DNA from: Octopus bimaculoides
Lineage: Eukaryota
Length of the DNA stretch: 36,139 nt
Reading direction: 5' to 3'
Assembly (NCBI RefSeq): GCF_001194135.2
Contig: NC_068983.1
Coordinates: 60,969,718-61,005,856, forward strand
The position numbers and the translations under genes were made by a program. Shown here one piece after another: positions 1 to 11,085 of the stretch (position 1 is the stretch's first letter; each line of letters begins with the position of its first letter). The notes below the pieces were generated by a model. That model did no database searches. It had not been told where the DNA came from and saw only the letters and a program-made list of their open reading frames with translations.

Positions 1-84
<84 letters not shown>

Positions 85-107
85 TTCTCATTTTTATATA
101 TATAGAT
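1..107 (+). repeat. (GACA)n microsatellite followed by TTCTCATTTTTATATATATAGAT; probable 3' end of a non-autonomous Helitron-like element
   Basis: About 20 GACA units, then a TTTTATATATATAGAT end. The same architecture (CA/GACA run then TTTTATATGTATAGAT) recurs at 23640-23883. Confidence 0.55.
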
Positions 108-1884
108 ATACGAATTTGGAACGGTGTTAATTGTAATATTTCGTCTCAGAGAAACGTCTGAAAGAGACTTGTGTATTAAAAACACAGAGCTTGCTCAGCA
201 TCACGTCGCTGGATCATCAAACACACTGTTTCTGCTTCATTTGGTCTCTTCAGTGACGAACACTAATAAGTACGTATATTAATTTAGTTCTATCCTGGCC
301 AACTTCCGCATAATTTAGTTAAAGATTTGTTTACTGATTTCCATATTGAAACAAATATTTTTCGGCTTATCTCAGAATGTCCAGTGGTGTTCGTCACTTA
401 GTAAATCAAATGAAGATGACATACTGTGTCTGATGATCCGTCAACATTTTTCTCATCAAGCTATGTGTTTGCTGTTGTTGTTTTTTTTTTAATGCAGAAA
501 TCTTTAAGAAGTTTCTCTGGGGCGAAATATCAGTTTGCGCAGTTCTACGTTTTTATATACATCATAAATGTATGTCCTGGGTACCACTTTAAACTGCATC
601 CGGTAGTGGGACCCTGCTTCAGAAAGTTTCAGGGTTTTGAGGAGTGTGGAACTAACTCAGAGCCACTTTTGTTCCAGGTCTATTCTGACCCAGGGTAGTA
701 GCACCAGTTAAGGTCCCAGCTACAGATTAATTAACATGTTATAGAAGAAACTCCAAGCACAAATTCACACTGTCTTGTGAGTATCTTGGAAAAGGAAAAG
801 GCTAGAGGTATCAACCTTGGCAGCAATCTAAGGAGTGGAGTCCCTCAAGCGGACCGATGCCTTCTTTGATACCTTTCTGGCAACTCCAGAATAGGTAGAG
901 CTCTCCAGCCCTGTAAGGTAATTCGCAAGGAGAAGACAACTTCAATGTTAAACCTACAGTTTGCTGATCTCTGCAACTAGCTTAGCCAGCTGAGTCACTG
1001 TGGCCACATCTCCAAGTCTAAAGAATGCGAGTGGAGTGTGCGAACTGATTCCCACTTTAAAATTACTAAGCGCCGGTAAGGAGAAAATCCCACTAGTAAT
1101 GGAGACGAAAATGACAGATACTTGATGATTCTGGCAGTCGCATCAATTCCACATGTAGGCTTTGCCACTCTTTCTCATTATCATCGGACATACATTTTAT
1201 ACACATCGCTATTTTAATCTAATGCCATTTTAAGTGTGTATGTTGATTTAAAATTAAGATGATTTGCAACTTTTTAAACTTATTAAATTATTGATGGAGA
1301 ATGAAATTAAGATGTAAAATTTAAATTGCCATTTCATTAACCTTTAGAGGAGAATCAAAAATTATACTCATGACAGTTTGATAGCAACTGGTCTAAATTG
1401 CTTTCTCTTAGTGTAAAAGTGAAACTAAAATAGCAATAGCAATTTTCATTTCTTTCAGTTAATACTCAATCCTAGATTTTGTTTCACACAGAGTCGTTAG
1501 AATTTGTAAAAAGAAAATTACAAGCAATGAAAGCAATGTGGGAGCCTTATGCAGTCTCTTAACAAGTTAGAAATCTCGCTCAAATTACACCCTACCATTG
1601 TATAAAAGAAAAGATACATTTGATTATGTAGCTCACTGCCAGATTAGTCATTGCTAGAGCGCTTTCCACCTGGAACTACACTACAAAATTTACATAACGT
1701 TCTCATCGTGATTTACAACTCTTCGACATCCTGCCACAAAACAAAATATGAAAAATCTATTAGGTAGTTTGCTAACCTTCACTCACCAATGTACAACTAC
1801 TAACCCTTAAACTTGTTGCTCTTTCTCTCCCCCTCTCATACATATATTCTTTTACTCTTTTATTCTTTTACTCGTTTCAGTCAT

Positions 1885-2776
1885 TTGACTATACCTACTC
1901 ATTCTGCTTTTATTGCTCTCTTGGGAGCAAACCACCATTTGTTGTTGAAGATGGCTCCCGTCAAAGCCCTCTTAAGTAGCGTGCTAATCCGGTCTCTGAA
2001 AACCTGTCTCGACAGCAAAGACGCGTTTAGTTTCCAGTAACCGGGACCCTGCCTATGTGTCTTATCGCAGTCTAGCGTACACGTTACAGGTTTGTAATCC
2101 GTGTAGCTGACTATGTGGAATTGTGGACACCCTACGCTTTCTCTATCTACTGTCCCACACAGTATCCTATCTAGATACGATCGCGACGACCAGATGCGGT
2201 TGCTCCATGTCCACGTTGGCGTATTCGGGTGGTCGAGTCGGCACCTGTCAGACAGTTGAAAGCGTCTGAGTAGGCCTCTGAGGCATTTGCATCCCCGTCT
2301 ATTCCTATCTCTACCCACGTAGTCTAGATGCGTGTCCAACGTAGCATTCCAATCCCCCACTAAAAGTAAAGGATGAGACGTTCCTAGGAATACTTCTAGA
2401 CGTCGAAAGAAATCCGGCCGACCTGTTAAAGGCAGTGCGTAGACTGATACGAGTCGAAAAGCGCACACATTGCTGCAATTGACATCCAGGACAACCAGTC
2501 TACCCTCCGGGTCTACGAATACTGTCTTTACTTCGTGATCCAGACACTTCCGGAAAAGTATCGCCGTGCCACTACCGCCCATTCTCGGCAGACAGGGAGA
2601 AAAATAAATGTTAAACTGTCCGCCAAACATGGACTTTAGGGCCCGTGGATTATGGAGTTTAGTCTCACTTGTGGCTATGGTTTCTAATTCATGTGACTTT
2701 ATGTCGTTTAAGAGGTACCTTTGTTTCCAAGGGGACCCCAAGCCACGCGCATTCACACAACCAATCTTGATCATTT
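1885..2776 (-). mobile_element. Tx1/L1-clade LINE ORF2 fragment: APE-type endonuclease domain only, 3'-truncated
   Basis: ORF 2774-1899 has IGCVNARGL, SETKL, GGSGTAILF, DPEGRLVVLD, LVSVYA, LLVGDWNA, TWTW, RSYLDRIL, SYTDYKPV (SDH-like) and GPGYWKLNASLL. No RT motifs follow. Confidence 0.9.
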
Positions 2777-2796
2777 ATAGATAGATAGATAGATAG
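2777..2796 (+). repeat. (ATAG)5 microsatellite abutting the endonuclease start codon
   Basis: Seen directly; 2 nt from the minus-strand ATG at 2774. Confidence 0.95.
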
Positions 2797-3422
2797 AGGG
2801 TACTGTTCCGTGGTAACAGTACTGGTAAGATCTCAGGAAAAGTGCTCCATCTGGTGAGAAATAAATATTATCTAATAAGAACAATATATATTTTTATGAG
2901 CTACTATTAGTTTCATACGGTATTTTAACACGTCTGGTGTCTCAGCGCAATCTTCAGGATATATATATATCCCGGTGCGTCTACTTTTTTACTTTTGTCA
3001 TCCCCCTCCCCTGTGTTTCACTTCTCATACCTCATGTCTCAAATATTTGTATGCCAATCCTCTTTTCAATTCACTTCCAGCCCGTATTTTCACTAGTCAA
3101 CCACCTGCAGAACACCAGCCAAGGAGGGACTGTCAAATACTTGACCTATTTGTAAAAGCAGACAAATTTCCATCAAATCGAAACCAATCGTCTTTTTAAA
3201 AAAATGTTAGGACGGCTGAATCGCTTTTGCAGGCTTCCGTCAGAACTCCTCTGAGGTCTAAATAACAACTGTAGCACACAAAATCCAGGCAGATCAACTG
3301 CAACCATCTCATCAGACTGGAAATATCTTGCAAATGTCATGAATGCAGCCCTCCTCTCCTTCAGTTAAATCATACAAATCATCGCACACGAAAGAAATAT
3401 CGATGGGAACCAATTTACTCAC

Positions 3423-3549
3423 CTGAACAGTTATACATTGCGTTGACAAGTTTAACGTCATTAAAACTAAGAATTTTAGCTTTTCCAATAATCCCCTGGA
3501 AACGTTTATCTTTGGTTTCAATGGTCCTTTCTCCATTCACAGAGAATTC
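3423..3549 (-). CDS. Astacin metalloprotease exon, end of catalytic domain: EFSVNGERTIETKDKRFQGIIGKAKILSFNDVKLVNAMYNCS
   Basis: tttgtag acceptor, gtgagt donor, 127 nt, phase 0 to 1. Matches the astacin pattern FS.NG..TI......IG....LS..D...N.MY.C and joins in frame to the 6355-6558 exon. Confidence 0.92.
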
Positions 3550-3589
3550 CTACAAATATATATAAAATAATAACTAAATGCGCCCTTTT

Positions 3590-3816
3590 AAAGCCTAGCC
3601 AGGATCATGGGCCCGTTTTCAATGGCGTATGTGTTCCCCAGCTGGATGGGACGCCAGTCCATCGCAGGGTTGCTCATTTTTGCCAGCTGAGTGAACTGGA
3701 GCAACGTGGAATGAAGTGTTTTGCTCAAGAACACAACGCATCGCCCAGTCCAGGAATCGAAACCACAATCTTGCGACCATGATGATGACACCCTAACCAC
3801 TAAGCCACGCGCCTCC
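3590..3816 (-). mobile_element. tRNA-derived SINE (family with CTTGAGCAA..CACTT..TTCCACGTTGCTCCAGTTCACTCAGCTG core)
   Basis: The minus strand starts GGCGCGTGGCTTAGTGGTTAGGGTG (A box) and contains GGTTTCGATTCC (B box). A related copy lies at 15140-15424. Confidence 0.8.
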
Positions 3817-3944
3817 ACACAAATATATATAACAACATGTTTAATAACAATTTCTGATATAAGGATGATTAAAGGGAAGAACGTAAAGAGTTTGACAAAC
3901 ACTGCAAACCATTTTGTGCAACGTTCTAACGATTAAAGCCATGG

Positions 3945-4612
3945 GTTAACAGAATCGTTAGAGAGTTGCAGTATTTGTTTTAGCTCTTTATGTTCCGAGT
4001 TTAAAACCCGGGTGAACTTTGCACTTCATCTTTCTGGCGTCAATGAAACAAAAAACTAGTAAAGTACTGAGATCAACTTCATTGACTAACCTCCTCCGAA
4101 TTCCGGCCCTTATGCCAATATTAGAAATATAAGAAAGTAGTGGGTTAAGGAAATGGCTAGTACTCCAGATAAAATGCCTTGTATTTATCCCGACTCTTTA
4201 CGTTCAGAGTTCAAATTCTGCCGAGATCAACTTTGTCATTCTTACATTTGGAGGTCGATAAAATAACGGACGAGACAAGTATGGAGTTGATATCGACTGA
4301 CACCTCCCAACAAAATTGTTAGCCGTGTACCTAAATTAGAAACCACAAGTGGTGATGGTGGTAGTAGTAGTAATAATAGTAGCAGTAGTGGAGCTGGAAG
4401 AATCGTTAGCACGCCGGACAAAATGTTTAGCGACATTTCTTCCAACTTCACGTCACGTTCTGAGTTCAAATTCCGTCAATGTTGACTTTGCTTTTCATCC
4501 TTACGGATCCGATAAAATAAATACCAGCTAAGTACTGAGGTCGATGTAATCATCTAGCCCCACACTCACAAAAACAATTTTCAGGCTTTGTGCCTAGAGT
4601 AAAATTATTATT
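3945..4612 (+). mobile_element. Three head-to-tail copies of the dominant SINE (GGCAGAATCGTTAGCACGCC...GAGTTCAAATTCCGCCGAGGTCGACTTTGCCTTTCATCC family)
   Basis: Three diverged copies of the GAGTTCAAATT...ACTTTGC...CATC core at about 3997, 4207 and 4461. Confidence 0.8.
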
Positions 4613-6354
4613 AATGCCACCAAGTCCATTCCTTCATTAATGCAATAGAAACGCATACAAACATTTTAGAAAACATGTCACAGCAAGAGAAAAGTTCCAT
4701 AAAAATGAAGCGCGAAGTAAAGCCATTATACAATTGACTGTGACGTACGGAAAATGTCTTATTTTAAAAATAGTGCATTTAAATGAATAAACATTGTAGC
4801 CAGAGTATTCAACAATCACCCGACGTCACGATTCGCTGGAATGTTACCCACGTGACAAAGAAGATTTGACCAATAACGATTTGACATGGAAAGACTATAA
4901 CCCACGTGATAACAAAATCTGACCAAGCACGACTTCACGTAGAATAGGCCCTAGCGGTGATTTCAACGTTTGGTGCGCTCCTTTCTGATCCCCTTAATCA
5001 ATATAAAATCGATACACACGCGACTACCAGACAAAGAATATGAAACGACATGGCGGATGGCTGGACCGAGCTAACTTCAACATAATGAACTACCGGTGAC
5101 AACAAAACAACGACTAGGAGTTAACTTTTTAAATACTACAATTACACTAATATCAGAAACATCCAAACTTTCAATGATGTTTGTCGTTCGTAGTAACAAC
5201 AGTATTTGTCTTTTGCTTGCATACGAAAATAAAAGTTTGTTGTCAAAAATCTCAATAGATTTCGTCGTCCTCTTCCATGTACATTTGCTGATTTCTGACG
5301 CTAGAAAAGGCAGCTGTCAGCAACTTACAGTTGTGACCACATCTCCTGCTCCAAGTACAACATAAATACAAGACTGGTCTAGAAAGCTAAGTGGCTCGTA
5401 ACTATCTGCCTAATCCATCCTTAAATAAACTACCACACGATTCTTTGAATTCTCAGGGTCCAAAAGCAGTCTTGTTCCACCTAACCTAATTTCTTTCAGA
5501 GTCTCTGGGTAAAATGGTTTGTATATTTCTCCGCTGCGAGTAACGGTAGCATAATAAAATTAATCACTCTTTCGTTGGCTTTCAGCATCGAGTCAAACTG
5601 TGTTGTTGATAGAAAATCCATCGGCAATAAACATACGTTACATCTAGAGGAGGGGGTTATTATTATCTACTTAAAAATGAAGTAACACTTATTGAACTCA
5701 AAATTAATTTCGACTCTCGGTTAATGGAATGATTTTTTTTTTAATAACTCTGTCAGCGAATGAAAAGAAGTGTCCATAGACTTTTTTCTGAGATCACTGA
5801 GACTGGCATGACGAAGTTTTCCTCAGGCCAGAGACATATTCTAAATATTTACCGAAGTATAAACTCCGCTACAGAACACTACTAAGAACCAAGTCGTAGG
5901 GTTAGCCCTATCCGTTCATCTTTTCAAACCCCTATTCCTGGGAGGGTAGACTCTTCAGGTACCTCCTCCTAGGGTCCTATCAGAAGCAACCGAATCTCCA
6001 AACCGAGCCAACCAGTTACCTTAGGTAACCAGTTGGCTTGAAGAATCCATATTGCAGTTCTTTCCAGCGGTATTCTAATCATGTGTCGAATCAGCCAATG
6101 GATTAGGTCTCGCTTCTAAGGAAATATATAAATTTCACAATTTTCTATATTTCTAAAAATATAGTGCATTGTTTTCACTCAAAATACACCGAATATTTAA
6201 GAAATTACAATCTAAGATATTGATTGATTTTCATTTGGGAATAATACACTACATTTTTTAGATGTGCACAAAACAGCTGCTACATTGAGTAGTGTAATGT
6301 ATAATATAAAGTCACAGTATTTAGGATGGAATTTTTAAATACTAGTATACTTAC

Positions 6355-6558
6355 ATAGGAGCCATAATGCATTATACTTCTATAGTCGTACTTAATACCA
6401 TACAGGTTCATAGAAGTGTTCGTTCGTTTCTCAAAATTGTAGAAAAGTCTATCGATGACGTTTTTGTTTATGATGGTAACATAGTTATCACGGTCGATTC
6501 GGGTCTGCTCATGGAAAAGGCCGATAGCATGACCAAGTTCATGCAATATAATGTCTTT
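6355..6558 (-). CDS. Astacin metalloprotease catalytic exon: KDIILHELGHAIGLFHEQTRIDRDNYV...YDYRSIMHYGSY
   Basis: HExxHxxGxxHExxRxDRD zinc motif and SIMHY Met-turn. Acceptor ttttccatcatag, donor gtaagt, 204 nt, phase 0 to 0. Confidence 0.97.
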
Positions 6559-6886
6559 CTATGATGGAAAAGAAAACAGAACGTTAGTTTAGCTGCATAA
6601 ATAAATAAACCAAGCATGCAGATGTAGGAGAGCACTGCTAAAGTCTAATTTATTTTGATGAGGACAATTCATCAGTTTTGTTTTTGTTTTTTTCCTTCTG
6701 ACAATTTATTCAAAACCTAACCATTGTTTTAAAGACTGTTTTGAAATGTAAAAAAGTTTTGCAAATATTATAACAAAATAAAATATCACATATTACAACA
6801 TCTAACTTAGGGTACCATGCGTTGCTTGAATTGGATATTTTAAAGTTGGAGAATCATAGAATGATTAAAACTAGCACAAAACTTAC

Positions 6887-6953
6887 CACTCGGCAATTCT
6901 TTGCAAGTAAAACGTCTTGGGATGTGGGTTGCATTCCGATGAAAGAACTACAC
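6887..6953 (-). CDS. Astacin exon: (G)CSSFIGMQPTSQDVLLAKNCRV
   Basis: Matches the GCxSx[IV]G...Q..L...C astacin segment. Acceptor ttctttaaaag, donor gtaagt, 67 nt, phase 2 to 0. Confidence 0.92.
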
Positions 6954-7399
6954 CTTTTAAAGAAATATATTTTTGGGTATAAAAATTCATGTCCAGTTAA
7001 ACATATTTTAATACGGTAAGGGCTATATGTACATAAAACATTCTATACTGTAAAGAATGTACAAAATATTTCATATTGAGAAAGATGTATATAATGCTAT
7101 CCAATGCAATAGAAATATATAAAATACTCCACACAGTGAAGAATATATAAAATTTCACATATTGAAAAATGTTTGAAATACTCTACAGTGAAGGAAGTAT
7201 AAAATATATGGGAATTCCAGGTTTTACTGTCCAATAGAGATATTTTTCAAAATAAATACTTGGCGGTTCAATTTATACGTGATAAAGTGTATGCAACATT
7301 CCCGTAATATTTTATACATTTACAAGATGTTTTATTAGTGAGGCTTTGAGGAGTGATGAGAAGTTAGGGTTTGGTTTTAGGGCTTATGGTAACGATCTC

Positions 7400-7670
7400 C
7401 CAATCTTTTCACGGGTAAGGACACTTTTATTTAAATGAATTTTCCTAAGGACCCAGTCTTTTGAAAGGTCTGTCTACTTAAACCGATTTTATTAACGACA
7501 AATTCGCTTTCTTAGTCACATTCTTCAATATTTGTAACTGAACAATTATACGTAACTTAGCAAATATACATTTCACATTGAAGCCTTTTAAAATTTTAAA
7601 CACACTTCACGGCCTCCCAGTAGTGCATTTGTGGACTAAAGAATCTGTAGTCCTCATTTGGGAACCGCTG
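7400..7670 (-). mobile_element. hAT (Charlie-like) DNA transposon terminus
   Basis: CAGCGGTTCCCAAA on the minus strand at 7670-7657, flanked by CTCTAGGA, an NTCTAGAN-like target. The partner TIR was not found and the inner boundary is a guess. Confidence 0.45.
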
Positions 7671-8424
7671 CTCTAGGATGAGTGGTTAAGGTGAGCGCTT
7701 TTGCGATAGCAATATGAAAAACTCTCGGATTCCTGGAAAAAGTGGGATGGTCATGATTGGAAGACTATAGTCGTGTCAAAATTTCTTTGCGCTTGACCAA
7801 TACATTTAATACATGCGCAAAATCTCAAATGAATTGGACTTTCTGGCATTTGTTTAAGAAAAATTTCTGCATTGGGAGCGAAGTATAAAATATTATATAA
7901 AAGAAAAAAAAGAATGTTTAAAATACTCCATACTATTTATTCCTCGACTAATTTAATCAGTAGGATAATTTATTAGTAGTAATACGACCTAACCAGCAAT
8001 AATTGCATCTTAGGGTCGCTTATACCACGTTTCCTAACCATACTATCTGCTATTTCTTTGTCTGGCCCTCTTCAACAAAAATGCTTCATAGAATAAACAA
8101 AAGAAGTTTCTTTATAATGAGTAATATCTCAGCTTGCCACATCAGAAAACAATCTAAATAGTTAGATTCTGGATTTGTGGTCCTTTGATCGAAGCGACGC
8201 AAAGGTTGAGTGTAAGATAATTGTTAAGCAGTATTAATTTCATTTCACAATATTGAAGTCAAATGTGTTGTGCACTGAACCCTTCCCATTCCATTTAGCT
8301 AGCAGCTGAGTAGATGCATACATGAGCAAGGTAAGGATGTTTTCGTACTGGGAATGAATCGATACAAATAAATTACGTCTGTGTACAGTCTCACATACAA
8401 ATTCTCTCAAAGTTGTCAGTGCAC

Positions 8425-8499
8425 AGGTGTGGCTGTGTAGTAAGAAACTTGCTTTCCAACCACATGGTTCCGAGTTCAGTCTCACTGCGTGTCACCTTT
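8425..8499 (+). mobile_element. 5' fragment of a second SINE family (GTGGTAAGAAGCTTGCTTTCCAACCACATGGTTCCGGGTTCAGTCCCACTGC)
   Basis: Near-identical to the head of the full copy at 33620. It is truncated where the next SINE begins. Confidence 0.8.
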
Positions 8500-8664
8500 T
8501 GGGGGAGGGGCCAGTCGATTAGATGGACCCCAGTAAGCAAGTGGTACTTAATTTATCGACCCCGAAAGGATGAAAGGCAAAGTCGACCTCGGTGGAATTT
8601 GAACTCAGACCGTAAAGACATACGAAATACTGCTAAGCATTTCGCCCGGCGTGCTAACGTTCCT
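8497..8664 (-). mobile_element. Dominant SINE body; its 5' head is displaced to 12730-12761 by two inserted elements
   Basis: Minus strand reads ...ACGTTAGCACGCCGGGCGAAATGCTTAGCAGTATTTCG...GAGTTCAAATTCCACCGAGGTCGACTTTGCC. The head AGGCGGCGAGCTAGCAGAAACGTTAGCACGCC is at 12761-12730. Confidence 0.88.
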
Positions 8665-11068
8665 CATTTCTTTATTACCTAGTAACAGGTTATACATAGA
8701 AAAAAGAATTTTGACAAATACAACACATAAAGACACTACAACACGAGACATAACATAAACTCGGGAAACTAAAAATGCAAAAAGAAATTAGAGTATAGAA
8801 GAAATAAAAGAAACGAATGAGAAAATGAAAAATGATATGAGGCGCAATATCCATTCGATCCCCGAAGTCGAGTGGTTACAGTTTTACAGTTTTCCTCTCT
8901 TTTCATTCTCATTTTTAACACAAAAAAAGTTCTTTTTTTTCCACTTTTTTCTACGAAAATTTTCGCATTTTTTAATCGTCTTTTTTTTTTCTGAAAATTG
9001 TTCATGTTACGTTTAGTATTCCTTGTTTAAAATGTTCTAACCTTGAAAATTCTACCACAGGCAGCATCGAATTAAACAATACCGGCCAGTCAACCATGGT
9101 AACCAATTCCCTGAAAGTATTCAAACAAATTCCATACCTTTCGTCGCTTACTATTACACATCTCTTATTTTCCCCAAACCTATCTCTGGGCAACTTTACT
9201 CTTATCAAGTTCTTCCACTTATATACGTTTCTCCACCTCTATGTTCTTCTTGTAATAGATCAAAAATCCCTTATACTTATACACCTTCTGGGTTCGTTTT
9301 CTTTTTTGCTTCTGGTCTCTCCTTCTGGTGTCTTTTCTACTTCATCCTTGAATTTATACTGCTCTTCACATTTTTTTGCCGTCTCTTCCGCTTCTGTTGC
9401 CAATCCCTTTGAGTTTTCCTTAGCTGTTGCTTTTTTTTTTTCCTTTTTTTTTGGGGGGGGGGGCTGACGAACCCGTCACTCCCCTCTTTTGCCACTTTCG
9501 TTTCTTCCTTAATCCTCTCCTTCTCTTGCATATTTCTTTTGCTTCTCTTCATTTCGACTTTTGTCTCCATTTTTCTTCTATCTCCTTTTCTCGCACGTTC
9601 TCCTCTTTCTCACTCTGCGTCGGTTTACTCTGCTTGGGCTCATACAAGGGGCACTTTGACTTCATGTGCCCCCTTTCTCCGCAAATGTAACAATTGGGTC
9701 TACGGCCTTCTACTATCACCTTTAAAGAACTCTCTTCAGCGATCTCAATCTGGTAGGGAAGCCCCTCCACATCCTCCAATGCGGCGAAAATCCACATCTC
9801 AACTCCGCACCACTCACCAGCTCGGCGCACCCATCCCCTCCCCCTCATCGCTCCAAGTTCCGGCCGGTCCCCAGTGGCAGCCAGAACAGCTGCCACCAAC
9901 TACACTGCTTGAATTTCAGGTGGCACTTTTGCTATCCTGATCCGGACATGATGCCCTCCCTTATACGTGGGTAGCATCACCTTGTCCGACCTCAGGACAG
10001 CAATGGAGTGTGAGACCGCCTCTTCTTTGGTGGAAAACCTCACCTCCACTGTGCCATATCTCCTCCCTCTGTTGACAAATGTCGCCTTCTTCATAATATC
10101 GCCTAGGCATTCCTCCACGTCTTCTTCTGACAGCTTTTCTATTTTATTTGTAACAACCGCTTGCGTGCGGTGCACCACCGTCTTTTCACTCTTCTCGTTC
10201 AATGATTCCTGTGGGAGGACCAGCTTAATGGCGTCTCCCTCCTTCACAAATTGTTCACTTTTCTCGATTTCCTCTCTGTTGATTTTTACGTTTCTTGCTT
10301 CTAGCGACATAGCTGCCTTTGCCGCAGCGGTTTTTTCCGTAGCTTTCCATGCTACGCTTTTCCTCACCTACAATGGGGAGAAAAAAGATCTTTTTTAAAA
10401 CGGGGGCCACATTTTTCATTAATGTTTTATGTAGTGTTTTTGGTACCGAAAGACTTTCAAACTTCGTATACTTATCTATTTTGTGTTATAGAACAGAAAA
10501 ATATTTTTGTATTCGAATTTATTTCATGTAAAAAATTGTCTTATTTCGATAATTTCAACCAATCACTGACAAGTATTCAGTTGTTTATATTTACTCCTTT
10601 GGCTGATTAAGCGGTGTAAAGCGTATTTAATTTCCATAGCTTCGTTTTGCTTTTTTCTTTTTAAATTTGCTGTTTTACCCTAACCCTATCACCGATAGAA
10701 TTGTTTCAGAATCGTTTGTTTATGTATATCGGCTGAATGGACGTCAGTGATTGGTTGAAATTACAGAAATACGACAACTTTAACATGGAATAACTTAGGG
10801 ATTTCTTTTTTTTTAAGAAGACTAAGAGAAAAAGCTGTTTTATATGACACATTCTACCAGTGTTCCAAATTTCAAAGTGTTTCGTTAATGAAAAATGTGG
10901 CCCCCGTTTTAAAAAAGATCCGAGAAAAAGAGCAAAAACAATAACAGCAAATAACAACAACACGCGCGAGTCGCTTCAACAGTAAATAATAACAGTAGTA
11001 ACAACAGCAGACACAAACACACTAACCTTCTCTCGCACCGTGGTCACAAATGACTAACTATACAAAAT
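8665..11068 (-). mobile_element. Element A: ORF1-only non-LTR retroelement (Tx1/L1-like ORF1 with CCHC knuckle), decayed
   Basis: ORFs 10367-9900 and 9899-9549 give FVNRGRRYGTVEVRF, RIRIAKVPPEI and VIVEGRRPNCYICGERGHMKSKCP (knuckle 9651-9692). The element ends AATAAAGAAATGA next to a 17-bp target repeat. No EN or RT motifs are seen. Confidence 0.8.
10386..10921. mobile_element. MITE with perfect 36-bp TIRs inserted in the 5' UTR of element A
   Basis: GATCTTTTTTAAAACGGGGGCCACATTTTTCATTAA at 10387-10422 and its exact reverse complement at 10885-10920. 8-bp direct repeat GAGAAAAA at 10378-10385 and 10922-10929. Confidence 0.88.
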
Positions 11069-11085
11069 GGCGTGCTAACGTTTCT

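Noticed and set aside
775-1110. Possible RTE-type 5' leader and the adjacent interspersed repeat at about 575-725
   Set aside because: Only a vague resemblance from memory; no diagnostic motif, TSD or second copy in the window.
1600-3262. Candidate terminal astacin exons (GGKRSSND* near 1669-1644; DLRGVLTEACKSDSAVLTFF* starting near 3260)
   Set aside because: No domain similarity and no poly(A) signal to choose between them. The C-terminus may lie outside the window.
5760-6120. Short minus-strand frame resembling a LINE C-terminus or an astacin exon
   Set aside because: It contains stops and no astacin motifs. The true next exon is 3423-3549. Too decayed to classify.
7040-7210. Degenerate ~30-bp AT-rich tandem repeat
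   Set aside because: Units are short, irregular and lack unique spacers. It is an ordinary decayed minisatellite, not CRISPR-like.
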